In this document: positions 11,671-24,930 of the stretch, piece after piece
Position numbering within the stretch: the first letter of the stretch is position 1
How the letters are laid out: every line of letters begins with the position of its first letter
NCBI GenBank assembly: GCA_030265395.1
Contig: JARFYF010000074.1
Location: 12,988,846-13,052,845 of the forward strand
Length of the DNA stretch: 64,000 nucleotides
Reading direction: 5' to 3'
From: Rhina ancylostomus
Lineage: Eukaryota
Notes under the pieces: generated by a model
The model's input: only the letters and a program-made list of their open reading frames with translations
Told to the model about the DNA's origin: nothing
The model's database searches: none
Made by a program: the position numbers and the translations under genes

Positions 11671-12979
11671 CTGAAAAAGAAAAATATTCAAACATTTCTC
11701 AATCTAAACTAGGTTATGTCAAATCAATAGATGCATCTCTGCAAAATAAAACACTTCTACATATTAATCATACAAAAGCTTGTTTATAAGTTTAGCTCAG
11801 TAATAGAATGGAGAGACAGGAGAAAAAAATTAGTAGATCTGATAAATTAGGCAAAACTGCAAGAAAAATTGTCCTTATTGTCTCCAGCCTACAACAATCT
11901 GCATTCCTCTGAACAATAGCCTTCTTACACAACCCACATTTCTTTTACTCATTTCCCAAGCAGACTTTTAATTTAGAAGGATTTGGATGAATCATGGATA
12001 GTTAACCTGCAGGTAGTGCAAGCAATTAGGATGGCTAATGATAAGCAAACCTTTACTGCAAAGGGGTTAGAGTAAGAAAAGTGCAATTATGGGTGACTTC
12101 TGAAATACTACACCTGGAGCACTGGGGGCAGTTTTATTTTTTTTCTGACCCAAGGAGAATATGCCTGCTTTTACCTGGGAAGGAGGCAGCTGCCTTATGA
12201 GGAGAAATCTATTGAATGGGCTTATATCTTACATTAATTAAATGAAACAAAGCTTTCAGAGGGACTATTACAGTACATCTGAGTCCCTTGACATTTGGCT
12301 GGATGGACTAGAATTATTTTTAGAATATGGGGTCAGACACTTAGAACTGAAATAAAGAGAAACAATTTTTCATGAAATTATATAAAACGTGACACAGCAG
12401 AGCAAAGCTCATTTCGTCAGTCAGTTAACAAAAAGAGCTGCCCAACCTAATCCTACTTTCCAGGATTCCAGGACAGCTCTAAGCAGACATACAACTATTT
12501 TTTTTAAATGTGGCAAAGATTTCTGTTCTCTATTATCTTTCCAGACAACAAGTTCCAGAACCCCAACACCCTCTCTAATTCTTCTAATTTCTTTAGATCT
12601 ACACAACACTGGTTTTTGACCAATCACATTAGGGAAATAGCCCATTCTATTTACTCTATTTCTATCTCTCAGAATTTTATACACTTAAGTCTAGCCTCAC
12701 TATATTATTAAATTCATTTGAAAGTTTATAAATATTTGAAATTTTTTAGCCCACAGGCTGTGGATGTTCAGTGATCCAGTGGGTGTTGGAAGCTGCATCA
12801 GAAGTATTTAAAATGGGGGTGGATAAGTATTTGATGGAGAAATGGCACACAAGAGGCCAGCACAGATCACCACGATCATATCAAGTGGCAGGGTAGGCTT
12901 GAAGGGCCTAATGGCCTACTCCTATTTTGTGTTCTTATGATCAAACACATTCAAGATGGTTTTTCCATTAGCAACTAAA

Positions 12980-13310
12980 GTAATGGCACAGATCCAGAAA
13001 AAGAATTTGAATCCCACATGGCACTAAGAATTTAAATGCAAGTAATTAAATAATTCAGGAATAAACTCTACTGTTATTAATGGAACTACTGTATTGCCAT
13101 ATATAAAAACATCTGGGTCACTATGTTCTTAAAGGAAGGAAATCTGCCATCCTCAATGCCTGTCCTGCAGGCGACTCCAGACCCACTAATATGGCGAATT
13201 CTTAACTGCCCTCAAATGGTTTAGAAAGCCCACTTGGTTCAGGTGGTCAATTAGGGACAGTAAATAAATGCTGGCCTTGCCAGTTGTGTCCATAATCAAT
13301 ACACATATAA
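12980..13310 (+). mobile_element. Chondrichthyan SINE (decayed)
   Basis: ttgaatcccac B-box-like head; ggaaggaaatctgccatcct...gactccagaccca; tail ataaatgctggccttgccag. Related pieces occur at about 28700-28900 and 63720-63960. Confidence 0.6.
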
Positions 13311-13849
13311 ATGAAGAGAAAGGAACGTACAGATTCTTTGAATGGTGTTGATGTTTGAAGGAGTCACATGGCCTCAGTACCACTCCTAATTCTTATGTTA
13401 TCCTCTCAAAAGGTGCTTTGAAAGCCAGCAACCAAACTTTTAAACATCCACCCATTATCTTCTTTGGTTTTATGTCAAATTTTGCCTGATTATGCCAAAT
13501 GAAGCTCAGAATACTTCACAAAGTTAAAATGACTATAGTAATACACATTGTTGCTCTGTAAAGCATGCTACCAGAATCCTCTATTTCAAAAATTCCCAAC
13601 TCTATATATGGGTTTATTTGTCTACTATCCAACTATTTAAAATTAATGATTGTATCATGCTACCTTTCATGTTTCAAATTACTTCAAATGATTTCATTTC
13701 AACACTGTTCAAAAATATTCAGAAGTTCATTTAATACAACAAATTTGTGAAAATGTGGCTTGTTGTCATGCTTCCCTGCACAATAGAAAGTATGTGTGAT
13801 TAATTTGCGATGCCACCAATAAAATAATACATTTCACAAATATTCTTAC

Positions 13850-13924
13850 CTTCTGGCACTCAATTTGTTTTTCCAGCATCTCTTGTTTTTTCTTCCTCAT
13901 ATCTTGCTGCAATTTTAAAGCTTC
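13850..13924 (-). CDS. RBM27: RBM27 exon 16-equivalent (coiled coil), 75 nt
   Basis: ttttag|GAA GCT ... CAG AAG|gtaaga; EALKLQQDMRKKKQEMLEKQIECQK. Confidence 0.96.
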
Positions 13925-15254
13925 CTAAAATCAATAATGGGCATTTTTATTTTAACAATTTGGAACAAAATGTTTGTATTGTTCAATTACAGCAAAACAA
14001 AAATGGCCATGAAAAACACTTTCTAAAACAGAAGTGTTCGACTTTTTCTGCAAAAGATACTTGACAAAATAAGAAAATAGAGGATCACATTATAAAAGGA
14101 CTATGTTAAACTTATAACGTAGCATGCCAGTATTCTGACTAATTCTAGAGTCATTCTCTTCCCTTTTAAGAACACAAATCTACAATTTCTAGGGAAATTT
14201 ACAAGACTATTCCAAATCTTTGGTACAAGGAATAGAACTCATGACAAGGGCAGTTGGTCAAAGAACTCTTATTTTACTTTTTTTTTTTAAATTTTACTTT
14301 TGTAAATATCCTTCACTTTTCCACTAAATTCCCCATTTTTAAAAACCTTCAAAATTTTCCGGCCGGGGTCTTTATTAATCTGCCACAAAATTTAATCCTC
14401 TTTCTTGCCTTTGCTCTTACAGCTAGGCTACAATGACATCTTCCTTTAATGACATTGAACAATGGGTAATCTGATCAGTTTATTTAGATGAAGCATAACT
14501 CGTGTTCTATCCTCCAGGAAACTATTGGGAGGAATGGGTCAGCAGAGACTTGACTGGATGAATAGCCTCTTTCCACGTCACAAGAGGAAAATACAAGAAT
14601 AAAGACCAATTTTCCATTTGGTTTTAGGATTTTATTTCTGAATCATTAGTTTTAAGAATCAATGTACATAGAACCATCCTCTTTCCTCACCCACCCCACT
14701 CTATCAACTTTGAACAACAGTTGCTTCTAGATTTTACCTGTTTTTTTTAAGTGTCACATCTGCCACAATTCTGCCTATTTGCTTAAAGTTTATTCATAAT
14801 TTAATGATTCCATTTACTAAGTGGTAATCTTTTAGTTTAGAACTACATTGTGTTTTCAATTTTAACTTATTACCAAATTCTCCGGGTATATTGAAATAAC
14901 TATTATTGTTTCCTGTAGAAATAAAGATGCCATTTGCCAACTATCATTTATGTTACAACCAAATACATTTCTTATAGGAAGCCAATCTGTTATACATAAT
15001 TTATTCATGATACAGAAATTAATGCTGTCAGTACTTATTATCCTTCAAAGCAGCTCAGTGGTGACTTTAACACTTCTAATATTACAGATGTCACTTGCTC
15101 ATCTAGTCTGCAGAGATCTTTCAAAGAGAAACCTATCTGCCTTTATTTCAAATATTTAAGCAGCTCATTTTAAAAGGAGACAATTTTAAATCAAAAGTGA
15201 AATTAAATGTGCATGAGACATCCAAAAGAAACTCCAGCAGCAATATCCAGGTAC

Positions 15255-15380
15255 CTGTTTTTTCTTTAGAGCTTCCTTAGTTTCAAGTGCCTTACTGGGT
15301 GCTACAGAAGACTTATGATTTGTCTTTGTGGCAGAGGAACTATAGCCTGCCTTTACCAGACTTGTGGGTGAAGGGAGTAC
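15255..15380 (-). CDS. RBM27: RBM27 exon 15-equivalent, 126 nt
   Basis: ttccctag|GTA CTC CCT ... AAA CAG|gtacct; ...GYSSSATKT...KEALKKKQ. Confidence 0.92.
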
Positions 15381-15759
15381 CTAGGGAAAAATCAGAAATA
15401 ACACAATAACTTTACAACTTTACTATGTTACAATCTGTATTACACAATGTAAATCTAACATCTGTGATAGAACTACGGAACAGAAAGGCATCAGAGAATG
15501 TCCAATAATATTCAGGTGAAGTTGAATAACCTGTTGCAATATTATTCATCATCTATTTCTATATTTCAGATAGGCCATCAGTTCATGTAGTCTGCTCTTC
15601 CAAATGTAAATAACTACTCCATATATTGCAATTTAATAAATATTTTTACTGATAACACACATTTGTTATTTTCTTTTAAATATCTAATTCAATCACCTTC
15701 ACTAGACAAAATAATTTTCCCATCAGATTACATATTCACTTTGTTATTGTTTCTTATAA

Positions 15760-16460
15760 ATGGACCCAGCCCCGATCCATGTGGCACACCACCGGGTTAC
15801 AGGACTCCATTCTGAAAAGCAACCCTCCACTACCACCTTCTGCCTCCTTCCACCAAGCCAATTTCGTATCCAATTTACTATCTCACTCTGGATCCCATGT
15901 ATTCCAACGTTCTGAATTAGCCTATCATGTGGGGCCTTGACAAAGGCCTTATCCACATAGACAACATCCACCACCCTGCCCACATCATCTCCTCAAATGA
16001 TCTCCCACAAATGAAGCCATGCTGATGACCCCTAACCAGTCTTTGCCTTTTGAAATACAAATAAGTCCTGTCCTTCAGAATCCCTTCAATAATTTTCCCA
16101 CCACTGATGCAAGGCTCAGCATTCTACAGTTCGCTAGCTTGTCCTTGCAGCTCTTCTTAAATAAAGGCACATCATTAGCCATCCTCCAGTATCTCACAGA
16201 TGGCTAACAAAGATACAAAAATCTCTGCCAGGGCTCCAGCAATCTCCTTCCCTTATTTCCTAAGGTACCCTGGGTCAGGCCCCGTGGGATTTATCCACCT
16301 GTATGTGCTTCATGACCACCAACACCTTATCCTTTAATGCCGATATACTTCATGATATCACTGTTCTCTTCCCTGAACTATCTTCCACATCCTTCTCCAT
16401 AGTAAATACAAGTATACATTTAAGACCTTACTGATCTCCTAGAGTTTCACATATAGATTA
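15760..16460 (-). mobile_element. CR1 LINE reverse transcriptase fragment
   Basis: GRVVDVVYVDKAFVKAPHDRLIQ...WIRNWLGGRRQKVVVEGCFSEWSPVT. Confidence 0.88.
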
Positions 16461-16880
16461 CCATGCTGTGGCATCAATACAGAGAAATACTAGCAGTTAC
16501 TTCAAGAATTTCGAACCGTCCTATGCAAAAATAAGGTCAATTGGAATAATGAAACAAGCATCACTGACCACCATCAAAAATTGCATTCTCTTCCTTTGTT
16601 ATGTTTCAGTCTGAATTAGTTCAGAAGTGCAAGCAACTATTTGTTGAGTTTCCAGTTCCAACCGCAGTCATGTGTTGCTGAAGCTCACCTATGTTCATTC
16701 TATCCTGCACCAACCCTTCACTGATCAAATCTGTCCTTCCTGACTTGCCCCAGCTCTTGGTATCAAACTTTTCAAATCTAGTATCCCTATTTCACGAACC
16801 TACCCCCTCCCAATTTTCACTGCATTATTTTCTATAAACGCAAGTTTTTGTCAAGGGGAGAAACACAAAATTTCAATTAC

Positions 16881-17024
16881 CTGTGAAGCTTCTCCACCAG
16901 CCCCAAACTGGTTTGAACTGGGTTGCAACCCATCAGGCTGACTTCCACCCACTGACCCAAGTCTTTGCTTTGCTGGTGTATTTGTAAGCACAAAAGACCC
17001 TGGACTTTGGTTTCGGTTTAAAAT
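16881..17024 (-). CDS. RBM27: RBM27 exon 14-equivalent, 144 nt
   Basis: gttttag|ATT TTA AAC ... TCA CAG|gtaatt; ILNRNQSPGSFVLTNTPAKQRLGSVGGSQ...GAGGEASQ. Confidence 0.92.
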
Positions 17025-17646
17025 CTAAAACACAGGTAACAGGTTTATGGCATCACAACACTTCTTCCTCCAAGTTCATCAACTTTTAATTTTAAATACG
17101 TTTTTATGTTCTTAACAATGCGATTTTTTTTTTGAAACCTGCTTTTAGAAAATGGTCAATAGGGATAACTACCCCTCCTACTTTATAGGAATCTGAAGTT
17201 TAACATTAGCTTTCTCAAACAAATGTTAAGACTAAATGCAAACTGAATTCAATTACATATTCCCTGCATTTTATTTTATAAAGACATTTTAAAAACCAAA
17301 AGTGAACTACAATTTGATCACTCACAGAATGCAAATGACAAAAGTCACCTTATTATGCATCAAGGTAACCCAGATTTAATAAGTAGTGACTTTACTATAA
17401 ACCAGAATGGCGATTTCCCACTCTACTTTCTTTTAAACATCCAGTCCTTCTGCATAAAGCAGAGACAAACAGCTGAGTAAAAGAGAGTAGAAAAGACAAA
17501 AAGAGAGGAGAAAAAAAATAAAATGAAGGGAAGTTAATGAACAGTAGCGTGAAGGGGGAGAAAAACAGGGAACAGAGGAGATGCAGGCTTAGCATTTGAG
17601 AATCCAACATTAAGGTTATATGAAGCAGAAAGTAAATAAGTACCAC

Positions 17647-17850
17647 CTTATGAACAGTGTTGTGCTGCGATACTGCTAACTGTTGCGCCTGTACTTCATG
17701 TTGATGTTGAATCCCATTGTTCTCTCTGTGCCAATACACTCTAATAAACCTGTTGTTCAATACTGCTGCAGTACTGGAAATGTCTCGCTTTGCCTCCTCA
17801 TTTTGAGAGTACTGAATGAGAGCTGCTTCTGGATCACCTCCAAATGCAAC
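17647..17850 (-). CDS. RBM27: RBM27 exon 13-equivalent (RRM, C-terminal half), 204 nt (207 nt if the tandem donor is used)
   Basis: cccacag|GTT GCA TTT GGA GGT GAT CCA ... CAT AAG|gtggta; VAFGGDPEAALIQYSQNEEAKRDISSTAAVLNNRFIRVYWHRENN. The 3' boundary is uncertain by 3 nt. Confidence 0.92.
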
Positions 17851-19556
17851 CTGTGGGTTAAGTGGCAGGAAGAAACAATATACCAGATATAATACTAGTT
17901 TATTAACTTCTGGGGGGAAAAAAAATATCTTCTATTTGTGTTTGGCATTCATTTGAGCAAGACTTATGTCAGCATTGAAGTAAAACAAAAAAGGCTGAAA
18001 TATTTTTAAGTCATTTTTTTCACAGCTGAAAAGGTTACCTTGTTAAATGACTTAATCTTCGTACATTTCATTAGAACAATATCTATTGATTAATATGAAA
18101 ATTCAACAGAATTGCTTGTGCAAAGATCATGAACAACGCAAAATCACAGCAATCACAATCAAGTACAAGGCACAAGCTATTTTTCAAATCTGGAGTTAAT
18201 TGATATGAATGACCATGTACTGGTGAGCCCATTAGAGTCATGCTTGGGTAACAGAAACTCACAAATCACTACCCAAAAGCTTGAGATAAGGAATAAAATG
18301 GGCTCTCACTGAATTTGTGAAAAAGTAAATAAACCAAAATAAAATTAATTTTTTCCGCTAAACTCACATTTCCTGATGCGTGTGCAGATGATGCGGCATC
18401 ACATTACGGAAAATGCAATAAGGAACATTTTCAACGAAAGCAATCACCACCCTCTTCCCCACCCCCAACAAAGGGACCACCTGTACTATACCCAATATAG
18501 ATTATACCATAACTAATATCAGTTAGTGAAACACATTAACAATTATCATGCAAACAACCAATCTAGTTCCAGTTACTTGAATTATTATCACTTTAAAGTG
18601 AATAAAATGACTTGACAACTCAAACTGTTGAAAAATGACAAATGTACGATCATCATTACTGGTGCATAAAAACCTTATTTGTGGCAAAAAAAATTAGTGG
18701 ATGTTCATTCCATCCCTTGTGCATCCACCATTCCATCAAGACCATGGCTGAATAATTTTTTTAACCTCAGGACTATTTGCCTGCATGAACCTCATATCCG
18801 AGAGATCTATTGATCTCTGACTTGAATATATTTAGCAATAGCCTTTAGTCCTCCTGAGTGGAGAATTCCAAAGATTTGGATGAAAAAATTGATTTTCATC
18901 TCAGCCCTGATGGCCAACAATATTTTGACACTGACATCTGGTTCCAGACAGCCAATCAGGGAAATATCAGTTCTTCATCTAGCCACATCCTGTCAAGCAC
19001 CTTAAGAATTTTAAGCATGTCAGTTAGATCACCCATCATTGTTCTAACTCAAAGTACAACCCCAATTTCTTAAACTCTCTTCAAGTAACAAACCCATCGT
19101 CCCAGGTACCAATCTGGTGAACCTTCATTGTACTTCTATCTTAAGTCGATTTCCAAATCTGAGTGTACCCTTGAAATGAAGTAGTACAATGTCCATTGGT
19201 TCTGTAGTTCTGACATACCACAAGAATAATCTGAATGGAAAGTACAACCTCTCATTGAAGTCAGTTTTGAGAGTTTGGTGTCAATGCACACTAATGGGGC
19301 ACAGCAGAAAATGATTTTGTTTAGCATATAGTTCAGATTTTGCCTGATTTAATGTACAAATGGAGGTCAAAAGTAAACACTACTCCAATCCTAAAACATC
19401 TTTCTGATGTGCAGTCTTTCACTTGACAGCACGTAATCATGAAGATACAGAAATTGTTCAAAATCCATGCTCTTTTTAAAAAATGAGTTATACTGATATT
19501 TACTGCATGATTTAAACAGAAAACATTCATGATTTATTTCCTACCAGTTTTCTTAC

Positions 19557-19716
19557 CTGAATGTTGACAATAGTACCAAATTTACTGAAATGTTCATTCA
19601 GCTGGGTAATGGTGTTCATTTCCCTTGGGATCTTGCGAACCTCCAGCTTTGTGTTATCATAAGCGTGTTGAATTTTCTTCTGAAAACCTTGCTTGTTTTG
19701 ATGGTTAAAATGTTGC
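19557..19716 (-). CDS. RBM27: RBM27 exon 12-equivalent (RRM, N-terminal half), 160 nt
   Basis: ttggcag|G CAA CAT ... ATT CAG|gtaaga; NTKLEVRKIPREMNTITQLNEHFSKFGTIVNIQ. Confidence 0.96.
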
Positions 19717-20289
19717 CTGCCAATTTTTTTTTAAAAGAAATTGTATCATTTACAAGTAATACCCAGAATTCAAGACTTTCACACTTGATTAAGGATCAGC
19801 TTTGAACACAGGGCTATAATTAAATTTAGTTGTGTCAAAGTTAAATCCAATCCCAAATTTAAGTTTTGTATAAAGGAATAAATCTGTCATATGCTTTTTC
19901 ACTTTCAAACTATCACTACTAAAATATACAACTTCTGAAATCCAATACTGCAAAAGAAACACAAGTTACAGATCTAGAAACTTCTATATGAACCAGGATA
20001 CACACACACATACATATATATAAGTTTTACAACTTACAAAACAAAAATACTTCAACAATCTATCAAACCAAAAAGGTGGTACATTTAAATCCAAAAGATT
20101 AGCAAGCATAGCAAATATGCTGCATCAGCAAGTTAAGGTGAAGTGCAAAGGCCATTACTTTAACTGAAATATTTGAACCAAGATTTTACCAATGCACATA
20201 TTACGTCATGGTATTTACATGCACAGTACAATCACGGCATTGAAACTGCTTTCCACAGCTGCGACTGAGTATCGTTAAGGCATTTTGCC

Positions 20290-22530
20290 AAGATTAAGGA
20301 AGTTGCCTCAATCAGAAGTGCAGGGGGAGGATTCAGTCACTGTGGTCCACTTAGGGGCCAATAGTGCACATAAAATTAGGAATGGGATCCTATGCAGTGA
20401 GTTTAAGTGAGGGTCAAAGTTAAAATGCAATATTGCATTGTTAACCGCGCTATAAACAAATCGGGAGAGTTGAAAGAGCAACTCAAAAAAGTGGTGTAAG
20501 AGATTGGAGCTATAATTTATGGAATGCTGACCACAGAACTAGAAAAATTTTACTTTGCTAGGAAAAGCTTCACTGAATCCAGCAGATTGCTATGTTCTGG
20601 AGAATCAAGCAACTCAGACTCTAAACTATGGGGATGAGAGAAAGGAGTGTTCAAGGCAGAGGAAAGCTAAAGATTTAAAGAGTAAGGTCAGGGCGATATG
20701 ATTAAAACTGAAAGTACATGTGAAAAGAAGGAATAGTGGTTTAAAAAAAAATCAAAGAAATTAAAGAAAATTAGAACATTGAACTCAAAGGGCAGACAAA
20801 TGGAAGAAGTTACAAGGTAGGTCTGAAAAATAAAGTAATAAATAAGCATAATGATCTTGGCCCAGAAAAACACAAGGCAAAATCCATACACGTGGAAGGA
20901 CGGAACAACCAGGGGAAGGAACACTTGCCCTCACACATCTAACAAACACAGCAAGGGTGTTGGAAAGAACATTAATCGAGGCATAAGGTTTGTACCAAGG
21001 TTATGTAAAAATTGTGAAATTTCAACCTTCACAAAGACTTAACAAATCAAGTTTCCAAATGTAGCTTGGAGGACATTCATAGAATGCACTTGGGACAGTT
21101 TCCTTGAGAGGCATGTCATGAAATCAACTCATGAACAGGCTGTTTGAAGAAATTCTCATGTAATGAGATGGAGTTAATTAGTAATTTTACACTAATGGAT
21201 TCCCCAGAGAAATGTTATCACATGAGAATTTTTAAATATGGTTTGAAAGTTTTCAACTGAAATAGAGCCAATTGTTTAGGATCAAATTAGCCAATTACTA
21301 AAATTAAAAACATCAGAGAAAACATGACTAATTGGTCATTTACAAAGAGGTTATGGTGAGCATTAGACCAAATGTGAGGATGACAATGTTGCAAGACTGG
21401 AAATTTTAGACCCTACAAATGATGACCAAGATATCAAAAAGAGGAATAAGACAACAATGAGAATAAACTCACAAGAAACAGAAAAGATTCTAAGGCATTC
21501 TACATTCATTACAGAAGGAGTGTCATTTAATAAGAAGTCATGGAGTTTGAGTAACACCTCAGCAGGTTGAGGTTATGTTAAGGACGAAATCAAGCAAAGA
21601 GCTCAAGTACATATTTTCAAGTTGGTTGACTGACAGTAAAGGGGTGCCACAAGGATCAGTAATGGGGCCTCAGTTACTTACACAATCTATATTAATGAAT
21701 GACATAAAAAGTTAAGTTTGCTGATGACACAAAGCTGGGTGGGAAAGAAAGGATGGAAGGGATCTTCAAAGGGATGTAGAAGTGGTAAAGTGAATGGGGT
21801 GCTGGGGTGGGGTGGAGAAAACAATAATAAGTCGGTAGTGCATGTCAGCAGGAACAGAAAAACAGATTTTTTTTAAACAAAAGGGTAAAAGCTGGTAAAT
21901 GTTGACATGTAGCAGGAGCTTGACATCTTAGTTCATGAAATGTGGCAAGGTAACTTGCCGGTTCATCAAGCAAATCAGAAGGTGAATGATACATTGTACC
22001 AGAGTAAGAAAGCCTTGTTATAATTAGTCATACAGCACAAAAACAGGTCCTTCAGCCCACCATGTCCATGCCAACCAATATTCATACAGGAGTTTGTTGA
22101 GACAACACCTGCATTTCTACATGCAGTTCTGTCTGTGTAACCTCCAGTGTTTGCACTTCAACAGAAGAAATCGAAAGTGTCGTCATACGAGGCGTGATCG
22201 AGTTAAAATGGCCTGTACTCACTTGAGCTTAAAAAAATAAAAATGTATCAGAGAAAAAAAAATTCAAAAGGGATTGACAAGATAGTTGCACAGATACTCT
22301 TTACTCTGTTTGGAGAGCCCAGAATTCTGAAACATTAGGAAAAATGGTTGCTTATTTTGGACTAAGATGAGGAGAAACAGTCATAAATAAATTTTGGAAA
22401 TACTCTACCCTACAGGCCTGTGCATTAAGAACAGAAGTGGTGGATTTTTGAGTATGAAAGGATCAAAGGGGATGGGCATGGGGCTTGGAAAAATCAACTT
22501 ATAGGATCTTATCAAATGGCAGAGCAGGCT
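20290..22530 (+). mobile_element. Long decayed CR1 LINE (ORF1 remnant through 3' end, with deletions)
   Basis: GEDSVTVVHLGAN (ORF1) near 20325; GVPQGSVMGP at about 21642; KFADDTKLGG at about 21715; CR1-like 3' UTR near 22500. Confidence 0.75.
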
Positions 22531-22920
22531 CAGGGGTGGAAGACAGTATGTTGTAGGTAGGGTCCACTGGGGTTATTCCCATTTCTACTTCTGCTTCTCC
22601 ATAAATCAAATAGCCTTAACATTATCAACACTGTAGATTAAAGTGAAGAGTATAAAGATACTTGTTTATGTTTATAACCAATGATTTCATTTAAAAAGTC
22701 AGTATGTAATCTGGACAAAACTAATAGGATGCAATACTTCTCTCCACTGTCTGCAGAGGCCTATGAAAATCATATTTGCTCCTTAACATCAACTGGTCCA
22801 TTTAAATAACTTAAGAGCATTTCTATTCCATACAGCTATATACAAATAAAAACACTCTAGCCCCCTTGGCAAAACAAAAATGTGAACTATAAATAATTGG
22901 GTGTAACAAAGCAACCTTAC

Positions 22921-23065
22921 TTTTCCATCCAAAGTTTTTTCATTGGTGGCCCGTCTACAGCAACCACAGTTCTCTTCCTGCATTCTGGTTCAATGACTAC
23001 ACGTGAAGCATTGTTGCTCGCAGCTGCAGCTAGGCAGACCTCTGCTTGATTCATTTTTGTAGGTA
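22921..23065 (-). CDS. RBM27: RBM27 exon 11-equivalent, 145 nt
   Basis: tttttag|TA CCT ACA ... GAA AA|gtaagg; ...SNNASRVVIEPECRKRTVVAVDGPPMKKLWMEK. Confidence 0.93.
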
Positions 23066-23169
23066 CTAAAAATGTCAAAAATGGAAGAAACTTAATATCC
23101 ATTTATAAAGTGAAAAGTCACTAATGTTTCATTCTCAAACACTGCATCAGTGAAATCTTTGAGACTATT

Positions 23170-23720
23170 ACTCAGGCCCAGCCCCTCACCATCCAATGGT
23201 GGCAGGGCCATAGATTTCGGTCTTTGTCCACAGATCCAAGCTTCACTACGTCCCTCAGCATGCCAGTTGGCAGCATTCTATTGTTGGCAACTCTCTACAC
23301 TGGAAGACCAACAGGTTTGGGCAGAGTAATGTGCAACACATGGCGTGGAATTAGCTATGGGGATGAACCTCAACAAAGAACAGTGCATCTCTATCCGGAC
23401 CTTCTTGGCAAACACACAGTCCACAAGGAGATGGATGAGTCTCATCCACACTGCAGCTGCCTCGAGGGGAGCACATGGTGGGACTGAGATTTTGGCTGTA
23501 CATGAAAGGTCTGACAGGGAAGGCCCAACCGACTGAGGTTGCAGCAAATTCTGGGGATGAGGCATTCTGCAGGATAACTTCAACAGACTGTTTCTGGAAT
23601 CATCCCATATAAGCCACTGTCTCCTTCCGCGGGGACTTCAGGACATATTATGCAAACTATTGGCTTATGTCTTCGTGGTCAAGAGGCATTTTTCCACAGA
23701 AACTTTTCTACGAGAAATTG
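23170..23720 (-). mobile_element. Tx1/L1-clade LINE ORF2 C-terminal fragment
   Basis: CPRGSC (frameshifted) then HLLVDCVFAKKV...MHCSLLRFIP, the zinc-knuckle (zf-RVT-like) region of Tx1-type elements. Confidence 0.7.
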
Positions 23721-24780
23721 GTAGCATGACAGTTCAATTGAGTGGCAATGATCCTTAATGAGTGTCCATCCTATGAAGCTTTTGATTGCAGATTGCTGCA
23801 ACTCCAGGCCACACTCAAGCAAGGCAATCTTTGAAAGCAAGATGCCCTGTAATAAACCACACCAATTAATGATGAACATTAAAATCTGAATGGAAAAAGA
23901 TTTACCCCAAGTAAATTGAAAGTGATTTCACTTTGCTCAGGTCTATAAAAATCCTCCCAGGTTAAACAAAAGTAATTTGCTCTTTTGAATTGGGTCACAA
24001 ACAAATGTTAGCTAGAGCAGCGAAGTTTAAACAGTAAGCAGCAGTCAGACCCAAATTCAAAACTGTTAAAGAGCTCCAATAAATTGTTGAGCTATCCCAT
24101 AATGTGAGAAAATAATAAAGTTTTCCTCACCTTTTTGTAAGTGTACATGACAGTAAAAATACAATAACCAAATGCAATTCTAAATTCATTGACAAAATGG
24201 ATCACTAAACTGTACAACCCAATGGCTCAAATTTAATTCTGCTGAATTTAGTAGTTTATAATCTACTGCAGAATCTTTAATTACATGATCAATGATCAAT
24301 TATATGCAGTTTGTTTTAAAATAATAAATGCTTCTAGAGAGTTGTCCAGATTTACTTTTGTCCCTATGAGGGACAGTAGCAACACAACTGAATTTATTTT
24401 TTTTTTAAAAAACATTCTCTTTGAAACCTTGGCAACTGTAGACTATAACCAATTAGGAATTAATTAACATGTATAGCAGAATTTGCATAATCATGTTCAA
24501 AAACTGCCTTTATAAGAATATTGTGTCTAATTATTTTACCATTAGCTTCATAGTTTATTAGAAGCAAAAAATAAAACATTCCAACCCTGTTATTATAATA
24601 CTTTTAAATGTAAAAATACAAATGCAAAAGGCTTGAGCAGGTTAATGGAAACTTTCATAAATAACAATGGGCTGAAAATTTTAATCCTCCACTATACTTC
24701 AAATTCTGAGCCACCACCACTTGACAGACAAACATCTGAATAGATAACATTCTTACAGTTTGTAGCAGGCAGTCTTTTAC

Positions 24781-24930
24781 CTCGCTGAGGACTATCCATG
24801 GTGCTGGATGTTAATCCAATCAGATTAGGACGCTCTGTCTGAACTCGTGGAATATAGTGTCGATATTGAGGCCTGGCACCACCAGTAATACTGGGTGCCT
24901 CAGGATTATACCCATCAGGCTCATAGTTAT
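24781..24930 (-). CDS. RBM27: RBM27 exon 10-equivalent, 150 nt
   Basis: tttcag|AT AAC TAT GAG ... CGA G|gtaaaa; NYEPDGYNPEAPSITGGARPQYRHYIPRVQTERPNLIGLTS. Confidence 0.96.

Noticed and set aside
17395-17646. Hydrophobic, membrane-protein-like extension of ORF 17395..17760
   Set aside because: The Phe/Leu/Ser richness is simply the translation of a polypyrimidine tract; not an independent gene.
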